From: Asterias rubens
Lineage: Eukaryota
Direction: 5' to 3'
Length of the DNA stretch: 64,000 bases
Assembly: GCF_902459465.1 (NCBI RefSeq)
Contig: NC_047065.1
Location: forward strand, 12,152,001 to 12,216,000
Part shown: positions 26,815-37,748 of the stretch, one piece after another
Position numbering within the stretch: position 1 is the first letter of the stretch
Layout: each line of letters opens with the position of its first letter
The notes under the pieces: generated by a model
The model's input: the letters and a program-made list of their open reading frames with translations, nothing else
Databases searched by the model: none
What the model was told of the DNA's origin: nothing
Translations under genes and position numbers: made by a program

Positions 26815-28207
26815 TGTAGAGGTCGCTTATGCCCCCTCCTAAATTTTCAAGTCTTATGCCCCCTCTAATTTTTCAATAGCTGCTTCATAACCCCCTTGTT
26901 TCAACAGCCGGTTTAGACCAATCAAAAGGTTGGAAATACTTCAGTGAGTGGGTATGGGTCTCACCCCCACAGATGTCCCCCCATACTGGATGAGGTGATG
27001 GTGAGATAAAGACACATGATTAAAAGTACTTAAGCACCCAACTCACTGTGATCCCTTATTTCATCCTTTTATACAGGTATGTGGATTTTAATTTGTTTAA
27101 TATAATAAGTTCATAACCTTGTGATTGACATGGTATTATTATAAACTTGTTTTGACTCAAGGATAGGAGAGCATTATCTCCTCAAACTTAGCTACTTTCA
27201 CCATGAACCACGATGTGTGTAGGCCTATGCTTTACTATTGGGTTGAAACATGGTTAAGCTCAAGAGTGTACTGAATTGATTTAGACTTTTATTCCATTTC
27301 CTTATTATGTTTTGATTAATTAACTTGAGTTTCTGATAGCTCATATTCTATAGAACTGTTTGATGCTAAGAATTGTGTTTTATGACTTTTCCAACTTTGC
27401 ATATTTCTAGAGGAAAAGCAGGGGTAGTTGCCCATCTTTTATAAGTTCAGTTGTACAGTACTTAATGTATGTGATACACGTGTACAAAAGACCACCCTGG
27501 TCTGAGACAGTAACTCTTAGTGGAGACTGAAAGCCTGGTAGGGTCATTAACTTAAACCCCTGAGGGCTTGGTCAGCAGTAGCTCTTTAATAGCCAAGATA
27601 GCCTGGGATAGCCTTGCTGCCTGAACAACCTTCTTTGTTTTATTTGTTAAGAGGCAAGTGCCAGGTTAGAAAGTGACCTTGCCTAGTTTTAGCCAAGTTG
27701 ATTTTGTTTATACCAGACCCAAGACTTTGCTTATGTTCCAGTAGGGTTTTGTTTACGTGTTTCTTTATCCTTTAAAATTAATGTGTTTCTTTGTTTTGAC
27801 TATTTGGCAAAACCACTGGGATTGCTTTACTTGTTGAGTTTAGTTTCAGTAGTGAACAGATGGAGTCAGTATTAATAGATTCTGACCTACTGTATATTAT
27901 GTTTATTGACAATCAGAGTATTTGTTTATTGCAAATGATACTAGGATTGAATTGAGGCAGAGAAAGTAATTAGTGCCGAAACAATGACAAGCTTCGAAGT
28001 AAATGTTTAAGTGTTATTATTATTATTGTTTAAGTGTTATTATTATTGTTAAAGATCCATACTGGATGATGTGATGGTGAGATAAAGACACATGATTAAA
28101 AGTACTTAAGCACCCAACTCACTGTGATCCCTTATTCCATCCTTTTATACAGAATCTTCATTAATGTACACCGTGGAGTGAACGTTTAATTCACGACGGG
28201 TGCAACA
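26815..28207 (+). repeat. 5' LTR (1393 bp)
   Basis: TGTAGAGG...GGTGCAACA; same length as the 3' LTR. Only two mismatches were spotted by eye (near 26994 and 27912). Confidence 0.96.
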
Positions 28208-28209
28208 TT

Positions 28210-28227
28210 TGGCACCTCCGACGGGAC
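28210..28227 (+). other. Primer-binding site TGGCACCTCCGACGGGAC
   Basis: Starts 2 nt after the 5' LTR. Its complement GTCCCGTCGGAGGTGCCA has tRNA 3'-end architecture (T-stem, acceptor strand, CCA). Confidence 0.85.
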
Positions 28228-28439
28228 AGGTGTGTTTCAGCATTACATCCGTTAGAATGCTCAACGACAGCGCCTGTCCAGCGACCCTGAACCTGAACCC
28301 AAGACCTGAGCTACAGTAACCATGGTAGCAGGAGTCCAGACTAGGTAGTGCAAGAGAAAAGTGAATAGCAGTGGACAAAGCAAGCAAGGGACGAAGTCAA
28401 AGACCAAACAAAGAGTTTGAAGAAACGAGTTGCCCCAAA

Positions 28440-29852
28440 ATGGAGAAGTCCGCACAAGAGCTATGTCAGTCTTTGATGTACCAAGTCAGTAAACTCACCC
28501 GTGACCAGTTGCTCGAAGTTTGTAAGTTCATTGATCTACCCGATTATGAGGCATTAGAGGCGAAGGAAGACAACCACCAGCTTCTAGTTAGAAAAGTCAA
28601 CCGTCACCTCAACCGAGGTGAGATTGATGAGATGGAGGATGAAGGCCTGGACAGTTTCAAGGAGATACAATGTTTTCTAAAGAAACTCGTTCCTGAGCCT
28701 CAGCCACTAGTGGTGAAACCCCAAGCTTCAGAATCTTCGACTGAACCATCCCCGACCACGGAATCTAAATCTGCAACACATCCTCCTCAACCAGCAAGTG
28801 GAGAACAGCCACTTATACTAGATGCTGAGCTAGCACTGAAGAAACCCATTCTTCCCATCACACCCCACAGTTTGATGACTCTTGCCAGACGGGAGTTCAA
28901 AATTTCTGGCCAGATAGGAGAGCCCAACCAGAAAGATAAATTATCTTTTTCCAGCTTAGCTCACCAGATCGAGAATGGTCGTCTAAAGGGCCACACCGAA
29001 CGTGAAATCATAGAAGGCGTTATCCGAGCGATTTCACCAGGCTCTCCCCTGCGAAGTTACCTGGAAGGTAGGGTAGCCCTTACCTTGCCCAGTCTGCGTC
29101 AAGTTCTGCGGTCCCATTACCGAGAGAAAGATGCCACAGAACTTTACCAACAACTATCCCGTGTGACTCAGGACATCAAAGAATCCCCACAGAGTTTTCT
29201 TGTTCGTGCCCTTGACCTGAAACAAAAAGTGATCTTTGCAAGCCAGGAAGCAGGTTCCGGATTGAAATATGACCCCACACTTGTACAGAGTATGTTCCTG
29301 CATGGACTTCTGACTGGGTTAAGGAGCGATGCTGTTAAGTCAGAGCTGCGTCCCTATCTCCAGAATCCAGGTACGACGGATGAGCAGTTGTTTGAGAAAA
29401 TAAATGTAGCAGCCCGCCAGGAAGCAGAACGACAAGAGAAACTCGGGGTAACCAGTGCAAAACAAATCTCCGTCAAAGTGGTGCAACACCAGGGATCAAG
29501 CAGAGAAGAATCGGGGACCAACTTCAAGGAGCAGCCAAGACAAGGCAGTTTAATGACCGACCTTGCTGAATTGAAGGCAGGAATTGCGGAGATTGCCACT
29601 ATGAAAACCCAGATAGCTGGTCTGCAACAGTCGCTAGCCCAGCCTAGTGAACGCCAGCAGTGGACCCCAAGGACCAACCGTGACACCAACAGACAGAGAG
29701 GCTGTTCTAATTGCCAACGGAGTGGCACTGGAGATAGTTGCGAGCATTGCTACAAGTGTGGCTCTGGGGAGCACTTTGCTCGTGGATGCAGACAGTGGCG
29801 ACGCAACCAATCGGGAAACGGCCAAGGGTTACTGCCACGGGACGGCCAGTAA
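28440..29852 (+). CDS. gag: Gypsy Gag with C-terminal CCHC zinc knuckle
   Basis: ATG at 28440 within ORF 28371-29852; [14 protein letters not shown] knuckle, preceded by [16 protein letters not shown]. Confidence 0.9.
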   Translation: MEKSAQELCQSLMYQVSKLTRDQLLEVCKFIDLPDYEALEAKEDNHQLLVRKVNRHLNRGEIDEMEDEGLDSFKEIQCFLKKLVPEPQPLVVKPQASESSTEPSPTTESKSATHPPQPASGEQPLILDAELALKKPILPITPHSLMTLARREFKISGQIGEPNQKDKLSFSSLAHQIENGRLKGHTEREIIEGVIRAISPGSPLRSYLEGRVALTLPSLRQVLRSHYREKDATELYQQLSRVTQDIKESPQSFLVRALDLKQKVIFASQEAGSGLKYDPTLVQSMFLHGLLTGLRSDAVKSELRPYLQNPGTTDEQLFEKINVAARQEAERQEKLGVTSAKQISVKVVQHQGSSREESGTNFKEQPRQGSLMTDLAELKAGIAEIATMKTQIAGLQQSLAQPSERQQWTPRTNRDTNRQRGCSNCQRSGTGDSCEHCYKCGSGEHFARGCRQWRRNQSGNGQGLLPRDGQ

Positions 29853-29854
29853 CC
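29813..29854 (+). promoter_or_regulatory. -1 programmed ribosomal frameshift signal
   Basis: Slippery heptamer G GGA AAC (29813-29819) in the gag frame, a 7-nt spacer, then a stem GGTTACTG (29827-29834) / CAGTAACC (29847-29854). Confidence 0.8.
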
Positions 29855-32800
29855 TACAAAAGCAATTACCAGAAGTCCCATCTTTGTTCAATAACCCCCT
29901 CAAGACAAGCGAATGTCAGCCGACTAGTGGGTAAGAGATGTATGGTGAGCTGCATGATAGACGGAACAAAGACGCAGGCATTATGGGACACAGGAGCCCA
30001 GGTCACCATCATACCTGCTGATTGGCGAGCAACCCACTTGCCCCAAGCCAAGCTGAGACCACTGTGTGAGCTGTTAGGAGGAACTGACCTAAACCTTACA
30101 GCTGCAAATGGATCCCCCATACCCTATGATGGCTGGCTGAATGTCTCCTTCAGTTTGATGACAGGGCTGAACCATGAGATCAGAGTTCCAGTTTTGGTGA
30201 CACGGGCAACTTCTGGAGTCCCCATAATTGGGTACAACGTCATAGAAGAAATCGTTCAAAGAGATACTCTCCATTCAACCCCTACTCAAGCCGTGAGAGC
30301 GGCATTCCCATCAATGACGAGAAGAGCAGTGACAGCCCTTGCAAACATTATTCAAGAAGAGCCACCAGAAGACATCTGCCGTGTCCATGTAGGTAGAAAA
30401 GGAGTCACCGTACCCGGCGGAAGCGTCATCGAGGTAGCCTGCAGAGCGACATCATATCTACTGAATCAAGACACTACCGCTGTCTTTGAGCCTGATGTGG
30501 ACACCCAGTGGCCAGAAGATCTTCATCCTCAACCATCAGTTGTTCGGTTGAAAAGGGGGCCATCCAGCAAAGTCTTCATCTTGGTGCAAAACTCATCCAA
30601 TCATGATATCGTCCTGCGGAAACAAACCCAATTAGGAACACTGCAGTCCCCCCTTTCAATTGAAACCATTCCCGAGAGGCCTATACCAGCGTCACAAGAT
30701 AAACGTACATTTGTAATAAATGAAGTCTCCACTGCACACTCTGCCGAAGAAACCCCCCAGTTTGACCTCTGTCACTTAACAGAGGCTCAACGCCGAGATG
30801 TTAACAAGATGTTGCGGGAAGAGGCAGGAGCATTTTCAAAAGATGATAGTGACATGGGTTGCATCAAAGACTTGAAAATGCATATACGTCTGAAGGATGA
30901 CCAGCCAGTGCAAAAATCGTACATGTCCGTGCCCCCGCCACTCTACACTGAAGTGAAAAACTACCTGAAGGACTTGATTGGCCGAGGCTGGATCGAGAAG
31001 TCAGAGTCTCCCTACTCGTCGCCGGTAGTTTGTGTCCGGAAAAAGGATGGCTCTCTCCGTCTCTGCATAGATTATCGCGAGCTGAACCGTAAGACAATTC
31101 CCGATAGACAACCGATCCCACGAATCCAAGATGTTCTAGATAGTCTCGGTGGAAATAAGTGGTTTACGACACTAGACCAGGGTAAAGCTTATCACCAGGG
31201 TTTCATGGCAGAAGAGAGTAAACATAAGACGGCCTTCGTCACCCCTTGGGGCTTGTATGAGTGGAATCGGATTCCATTTGGTTTGACTAATGCGCCTGCA
31301 GTGTTTCAACGGTGTATGGAATCCTGTCTTGATGGTCTAGTTGGAGAAATCGCCGTAGTCTACCTTGATGATATACTGGTCTACGGAAAAACATTTGAGT
31401 CACATGTTGAACACATACGTCAAGTCCTCAGACGCCTCCAGGACCGTGGTATCAAACTCAAGCCAAGTAAGTGCAACTTATTCCAGAAAGAAGTGCGGTA
31501 CTTGGGGAGAGTTATCAGTAGTGAAGGCTACAAGATGGATCCTGCAGACATCAAAGCAGTTGAGGCACTCCGTGAAAAACAACCGAGTACCGTGGGTGAA
31601 GTGAGGAAAATCTTGGGTCTACTGGGCTACTATCGTCAGTATATCCAGAACTTTTCTACCATCGCTAAACCATTGTATGAACTGCTGAAGAAACCCAGTC
31701 CGTGCAGTGATGACCAACCTAGCAAAACTAACCCAATGAAAACATCGTCAAAGTCACGAGGAAAAGCTGCTGTAGGTAAAGGTGCAGGACAAGTGTCGTC
31801 AAGACAACGCATTACATGGGAAGCTTCTCATCAGAAAGTACTGGAACACTTGCTGAGTTTTCTCACTTGCCCCCCAGTGATGGCCTTCCCTAATCATCAG
31901 CAGCCTTTCATTCTGCATACAGATGCTTCAAATGAAGGACTGGGCGCTGTCTTGTACCAGCAGCAGGATGGAAAGATGAGAGTGATCGGCTATGGCTCGC
32001 GAACGCTAAGCCCTGCTGAGAATAACTACAATTTGCATTCGGGAAAGCTAGAATTTCTTGCGCTGAAGTGGGCCATCACAGAAAAGTTCAAGGATTATTT
32101 GTACTATGCTCCCTCCTTCACTGTGTATACAGACAATAATCCTTTGACCTACATCTTGACATCAGCCAAACTCAATGCAACAGGACATCGCTGGGTTGCT
32201 GAATTAGCTGATTTTCATTTCACGATTAAGTATCGTCCTGGAAAGTCAAATGCAGATGCTGACGCCCTTTCTCGTATGCCCCTTGACATAGACAGCTTTA
32301 GAACCCAGTGCACAAGCGAGATCAGTCCGACTCATCTTAGTGCCACCATCGATGCAATCAAGGCTGATAATTCTGATCACTGCCCATGGATTGGTGCCCT
32401 GACTGCGTCTACATCAAGCCCAGATGACAGTGTTACAAGCTCCCACCACATCACCAAAGAACAACTGAGGGCAGCACAGCGAGATGATGCAACTGTGGGT
32501 CCGGTTATTCAGTTTCTTGAAAAAGGTCACCGCCCGAGTAGACAAACCAAGATGACCGAACAGCCTAACACTGTTGCTCTTCTTCGGGAGTGGGATAAGC
32601 TGGAGTTGAATAGTGAAGGGATTCTCCATCGTGAGTCTGGTGATAGGAAACAGCTTATCCTCCCTCTAAAGTATCACAGACTTGTCTACAAAGAACTACA
32701 CGAAGATATGGGTCACTTAGGTGCAGAGCGGGTAGTTCACCTTGCCAGGGAGAGGTTCTTTTGGCCTCACATGCAAAGGGACATCGAGCACTATGTAACC

Positions 32801-34633
32801 AGCGTTTGTAGATGTTTGCAGCAGAGGAAACCAAACCGAATAACCAGAGAGCCCCTTCACAGTATAGTCACAACAGCCCCGTTCGAGATAGTCTCCATCG
32901 ATTTTCTTCATCTCGAGAGAAGTGTTGGAGGGTACGAGTACATCTTGGTTGTGATGGATCATTTTACCAGGTTTGCCCAAGCATATCCAACAACAAACAA
33001 ATCCGGAAAAACAGTTGCAGACAAGATTTTCAACGACTTTGTTCTACGGTTTGGATTTCCCCATAAACTCCATCATGACCAAGGGAGGGAATTTGAGAAC
33101 CAATTATTTCGACGACTACAACAGCTATCTGGCATCACTCCATCTCGGACCACTCCATACCACCCACAGGGGAACGGTCAGGTGGAGCGATTTAATCGAA
33201 CTCTCCTGGGTATGCTGCGGACTCTACCTGAGAAAGAGAAGTCTCGTTGGAAGGAATCTCTGGGCAAAGTGGTGCACGCTTACAATTGCACTCGCTCAGA
33301 AGCCACAGGTTTTTCTCCGTTCTATCTTCTTTATGGACGCCCACCTCGACTTCCAATTGATCTGGTTTTTGGTTTGGCAGGGAAGCAGGAGCCCCCAAAG
33401 AACCATCAAGAGTACAGCCAGCGATGGAAAATACAAATGGAAGAGGCTTACGGGATAGCAAGGAAAAACGCCAACAAATCATCAGCACGAGGAAAACAAC
33501 AGCATGATAAGAAAGCACACAGCACAGTACTTCAGCCAGGTGACAGAGTATTGATAAGAAACCTGAATGAAACTGGAGGGCCAGGCAAGCTCCGAGCATA
33601 CTGGGAGAAGGAAGTTCACACGATTGTGAAACGGCTTGGTGACGACTCTCCCGTGTACCAGCTATGCCCTGAGAGTGGAAAGGGAAGACGTCGAACTCTT
33701 CACAGGAACCTATTGTTACCCTGTAGCAACCTCATAAGTGAAGAGCAGACCGAACATAGGAAGCCCCCACCAGCACCAATACCCCAGACCAGGAGGAGGA
33801 CAGCACAGAATGTTAACAGGGATAGCAGTGACAGTTCGGAAGACGAATATCTCCTTCACACACCGACTCACACACGACCCTCCTTGAAACCACACCCCCC
33901 TACAGTAACTACTCCAGCATGGAACCAGGAAGCTTCAGTCTTCATCCCAGATGAACTAGTTACTGCTCAGGACCGTGATGAACCAGTTCTCATTCCAGAT
34001 AACGCCACTCAGGGAGAACCAGACCACAACCCAGACCACGCCTGTGTTCCTGATGCAGTAATCATCCCTGAGGCAGCCGCCGCTCCTGAACTGGTAATCG
34101 AGGCCGACCCAATTCCACATCCGGAACAGCCCATTGCTTCAGAACCTGTGGTACCTCAAGATGTTGTTGAACCAGTCCCAGATGTTCACCAGCAAGCTCC
34201 TCCCCCTGTCCCTGCAGATACTGGTCAGCCCAACCAACAGGAGGCACCAGACCAGCCAGATGCTGAAGCCCCGCCCCCTGCCACTAATGCAGATGAAGCC
34301 CCTGCACCCGGTCTTCTTCAGGATACCCAACATTACCCCCAGAGAGACAGGCAACCCCCACAGCGGTTTGCTTATGATCAGTTGGGCCATCCACAGCACA
34401 GCCCAGGTGGAGTTTATGCAATGTCAGCTGCAAATTCACATCTCTACCAACATCCATCAGCACCCTGGCCATACTCCATGATGCCACCACAGGGACCACC
34501 GCCGATGATGTGGCCTCAACCCTCCACTCCTTGGACCAACCCCGTGATGATGCCCTGGCCCCCGATGCAGGCACAACCATGGCAACAGTGGTATCCAACG
34601 GCAACCTACCCACAGCAACCAGTGAGGATCTAG
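29819..34633 (+). CDS. pol: Gypsy Pol (protease, dUTPase-like spacer, RT, RNase H, integrase, Pro/Gln-rich tail), in the -1 frame relative to gag
   Basis: Uninterrupted ORF 29738-34633. Protease ALWDTGAQV; [29 protein letters not shown]; RNase [16 protein letters not shown]; integrase HEDMGH...CRC, SIDF, HHDQG, VERFNR; GPY/F-like GPGKLRAYW. Confidence 0.95.
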   Translation, partial: RPRVTATGRPVTYKSNYQKSHLCSITPSRQANVSRLVGKRCMVSCMIDGTKTQALWDTGAQVTIIPADWRATHLPQAKLRPLCELLGGTDLNLTAANGSPIPYDGWLNVSFSLMTGLNHEIRVPVLVTRATSGVPIIGYNVIEEIVQRDTLHSTPTQAVRAAFPSMTRRAVTALANIIQEEPPEDICRVHVGRKGVTVPGGSVIEVACRATSYLLNQDTTAVFEPDVDTQWPEDLHPQPSVVRLKRGPSSKVFILVQNSSNHDIVLRKQTQLGTLQSPLSIETIPERPIPASQDKRTFVINEVSTAHSAEETPQFDLCHLTEAQRRDVNKMLREEAGAFSKDDSDMGCIKDLKMHIRLKDDQPVQKSYMSVPPPLYTEVKNYLKDLIGRGWIEKSESPYSSPVVCVRKKDGSLRLCIDYRELNRKTIPDRQPIPRIQDVLDSLGGNKWFTTLDQGKAYHQGFMAEESKHKTAFVTPWGLYEWNRIPFGLTNAPAVFQRCMESCLDGLVGEIAVVYLDDILVYGKTFESHVEHIRQVLRRLQDRGIKLKPSKCNLFQKEVRYLGRVISSEGYKMDPADIKAVEALREKQPSTVGEVRKILGLLGYYRQYIQNFSTIAKPLYELLKKPSPCSDDQPSKTNPMKTSSKSRGKAAVGKGAGQVSSRQRITWEASHQKVLEHLLSFLTCPPVMAFPNHQQPFILHTDASNEGLGAVLYQQQDGKMRVIGYGSRTLSPAENNYNLHSGKLEFLALKWAITEKFKDYLYYAPSFTVYTDNNPLTYILTSAKLNATGHRWVAELADFHFTIKYRPGKSNADADALSRMPLDIDSFRTQCTSEISPTHLSATIDAIKADNSDHCPWIGALTASTSSPDDSVTSSHHITKEQLRAAQRDDATVGPVIQFLEKGHRPSRQTKMTEQPNTVALLREWDKLELNSEGILHRESGDRKQLILPLKYHRLVYKELHEDMGHLGAERVVHLARERFFWPHMQRDIEHYVTSVCRCLQQRKPNRITREPLHSIVTTAPFEIVSIDFLHLERSVGGYEYILVVMDHFTRFAQAYPTTNKSGKTVADKIFNDFVLRFGFPHKLHHDQGREFENQLFRRLQQLSGITPSRTTPYHPQGNGQVERFNRTLLGMLRTLPEKEKSRWKESLGKVVHAYNCTRSEATGFSPFYLLYGRPPRLPIDLVFGLAGKQEPPKNHQEYSQRWKIQMEEAYGIARKNANKSSARGKQQHDKKAHSTVLQPGDRVLIRNLNETGGPGKLRAYWEKEVHTIVKRLGDDSPVYQLCPESGKGRRRTLHRNLLLPCSNLISEEQTEHRKPPPAPIPQTRRRTAQNVNRDSSDSSEDEYLLHTPTHTRPSLKPHPPTVTTPAWNQEASVFIPDELVTAQDRDEPVLIPDNATQGEPDHNPDHACVPDAVIIPEAAAAPELVIEADPIPHPEQPIASEPVVPQDVVEPVPDVHQQAPPPVPADTGQPNQQEAPDQPDAEAPPPATNADEAPAPGLLQDTQHYPQRDRQPPQRFAYDQLGHPQHSPGGVYAMSAANSHLYQHPSAPWPYSMMPPQGPPPMMWPQPSTPWTNPVMMPWPPMQAQPWQQWYPTATYPQQPVRI

Positions 34634-34835
34634 TGATTCAAGTGACTGTTTGGTATATCTTTGAACTTTGAAGTATTATAGTGGTTTTTTTTTTTTTTTA
34701 ATGTACACACATATTGTGAGTGGTCAGTGTGACAGCTGAAAGATATCCAAATTTAGTTGCACCTTATGTCATTGACGATTTGTTTGATTTTTTTTTTTTG
34801 AAATTCTGAAATGTTGAGGACAACATTTAATTTTC

Positions 34836-34845
34836 AAGGGGAGAG
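34836..34845 (+). other. Polypurine tract
   Basis: AAGGGGAGAG immediately before the 3' LTR. Confidence 0.85.
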
Positions 34846-36238
34846 TGTAGAGGTCGCTTATGCCCCCTCCTAAATTTTCAAGTCTTATGCCCCCTCTAAT
34901 TTTTCAATAGCTGCTTCATAACCCCCTTGTTTCAACAGCCGGTTTAGACCAATCAAAAGGTTGGAAATACTTCAGTGAGTGGGTATGGGTCTCACCCCCA
35001 CAGATGTCCCCCCATACTGGATGATGTGATGGTGAGATAAAGACACATGATTAAAAGTACTTAAGCACCCAACTCACTGTGATCCCTTATTTCATCCTTT
35101 TATACAGGTATGTGGATTTTAATTTGTTTAATATAATAAGTTCATAACCTTGTGATTGACATGGTATTATTATAAACTTGTTTTGACTCAAGGATAGGAG
35201 AGCATTATCTCCTCAAACTTAGCTACTTTCACCATGAACCACGATGTGTGTAGGCCTATGCTTTACTATTGGGTTGAAACATGGTTAAGCTCAAGAGTGT
35301 ACTGAATTGATTTAGACTTTTATTCCATTTCCTTATTATGTTTTGATTAATTAACTTGAGTTTCTGATAGCTCATATTCTATAGAACTGTTTGATGCTAA
35401 GAATTGTGTTTTATGACTTTTCCAACTTTGCATATTTCTAGAGGAAAAGCAGGGGTAGTTGCCCATCTTTTATAAGTTCAGTTGTACAGTACTTAATGTA
35501 TGTGATACACGTGTACAAAAGACCACCCTGGTCTGAGACAGTAACTCTTAGTGGAGACTGAAAGCCTGGTAGGGTCATTAACTTAAACCCCTGAGGGCTT
35601 GGTCAGCAGTAGCTCTTTAATAGCCAAGATAGCCTGGGATAGCCTTGCTGCCTGAACAACCTTCTTTGTTTTATTTGTTAAGAGGCAAGTGCCAGGTTAG
35701 AAAGTGACCTTGCCTAGTTTTAGCCAAGTTGATTTTGTTTATACCAGACCCAAGACTTTGCTTATGTTCCAGTAGGGTTTTGTTTACGTGTTTCTTTATC
35801 CTTTAAAATTAATGTGTTTCTTTGTTTTGACTATTTGGCAAAACCACTGGGATTGCTTTACTTGTTGAGTTTAGTTTCAGTAGTGAACAGATGGAGTCAG
35901 TATTAATAGATTCTGACCTACTGTATATTATGTTTATTGACACTCAGAGTATTTGTTTATTGCAAATGATACTAGGATTGAATTGAGGCAGAGAAAGTAA
36001 TTAGTGCCGAAACAATGACAAGCTTCGAAGTAAATGTTTAAGTGTTATTATTATTATTGTTTAAGTGTTATTATTATTGTTAAAGATCCATACTGGATGA
36101 TGTGATGGTGAGATAAAGACACATGATTAAAAGTACTTAAGCACCCAACTCACTGTGATCCCTTATTCCATCCTTTTATACAGAATCTTCATTAATGTAC
36201 ACCGTGGAGTGAACGTTTAATTCACGACGGGTGCAACA
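34846..36238 (+). repeat. 3' LTR (1393 bp)
   Basis: Follows the polypurine tract AAGGGGAGAG, ends TGCAACA, and is followed by the TSD CATG. Confidence 0.96.
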
Positions 36239-36355
36239 CATGTTATCAGATCTAAGTAGTCTCAATCTAGTCCGCGGCAGTAGATAAACAGTACGATAGG
36301 CCAGTTCTTATCTGGCATTTCTAAAGCATTATCCTTTAGGTTTTTTGCAAACAAA

Positions 36356-36598
36356 GGGTGCGTTTGTTTAGCTTCCCTGGGTCGACCCCGGTCTGCCCCG
36401 GTACGTTCGAGTAGCTTTGACGGGGCTCACCCGGGTCAGCCCCCAGTGCCCTGCTTGTGGAGTGGGTCACTTGGGGGTGACCTGAGGTGCATGCCATCAC
36501 CACAAGAGGGCGAGTGTGATTGTTCGGTTAGCTCTTGTCAGGGGCTCACCCGAGTGAGCAATGCGGGGTCGACCCAGGGAAGCTTATCGAACGCACCC
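36356..36598. mobile_element. GC-rich MITE, second copy
   Basis: Reverse-complement homologue of 24249-24491. Confidence 0.75.
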
Positions 36599-37299
36599 AT
36601 AATGTACATTGATACCTCAGCCTCTAAAAAAATACCTCAGCCTATAACAAAAATACAACATAAACTGACCCAAGTCGTGTAGTAACCTGGGCCCAACTTC
36701 ATAGAGCTGCTGAGCGCAAAACAAAAAGTTGCTTAGCATGAAATGTTTGCCTTCATAAAAACAGGATTACCAACCAAATTTCCAAGTGATTTTCAGGATA
36801 AGCAAACAACCGCTGAATACCTGTAACAAGCAATGTGCAACAAATGGAAATTTGGTTGGTAGTCCTGTTTTTAGCAAGGAAGAAGTTTCACGCTAAGCGA
36901 ATGTTTGTGCTAAGCACCTCTATAAAATTGGGCCCTTGGCTGTACTTGTGTCAACAAAGGAAAGAATGGAATTATGTGAAAATATATCCACAACTAGAAA
37001 CTTGATTTATACAATCCTCTTTTAAACTTGAATTTCTACATATCATGATAACAGTTTTAAATTCATAAAATCATACAAAAATGAAAGGAAAAAATTAATG
37101 GAGAAATGGAATGTTGATCGAAGAAATCTACAAGTGTGGATATCTTGTTGGAGAGTTTTCTCCTTTTTCCCCCCATTTTTTTTGTCAGAAAAGGAAAATC
37201 TCAGTTTAAAATTTTGTCAGATTTATGTGCCAAGGGGTGGATTTCACAAGGAGTTAAGACCAGTCTTATCTCGAGTTACGACGAGTTACTCGCCGACAC

Positions 37300-37606
37300 A
37301 GGACACTATTGGTAATTGTCAAAGACCAGTCTTCTCACTTGGTGTATCTCAACTTAGGAATAAAATAACAAACCTGTGAACATTTGAGCTCATTGGACGT
37401 CGAAGTTGCAAGATAAAAATGCAAGAAAAAACACCCTTGTCACACGAAATCGAAATCAACATCGTGGAAAATTACTTCTTTCTCAAAAACTTCAGAGGGA
37501 GCCATTTCTCACAATGTTTTATACTATCTCCATTACTCGTCACAAAGTAAGGTTTGTATGCTAATAATTATTTTGAGTATTTACCAATAGTGTCCACTGC
37601 CTTTAA
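37300..37606. mobile_element. TTAA-flanked MITE family A (one end clipped)
   Basis: GGACACTATTGGTAATTGTC...CCAATAGTGTCCACTGCCT|ttaa. Confidence 0.7.
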
Positions 37607-37748
37607 GCTTTTAATAACTCCTACAGGACAAGGTTGTACATAAATAGTTATGAAAATGAAAATTGTGTCTACCATTTTAAAAACACAAAGTTTCTCTGGG
37701 CACCAAAAGCATTTTAACGCTCCAGCAGGACCAAAGTGAAATTTTGTA

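Larger units (their letters stand above)
26815..36238 (+). mobile_element. Full-length Ty3/Gypsy LTR retrotransposon (9.4 kb), apparently intact
   Basis: TG...CA LTRs at 26815-28207 and 34846-36238; CATG TSD at 26811-26814 and 36239-36242; PBS at 28210; PPT at 34836-34845; open gag and pol in PR-RT-RH-IN order. Confidence 0.97.

Noticed and set aside
29354-34613. Antisense and alternate-frame ORFs inside gag/pol
   Set aside because: Short shadows of the long coding ORF with no independent signals; no env-like third ORF exists between the pol stop (34633) and the PPT.
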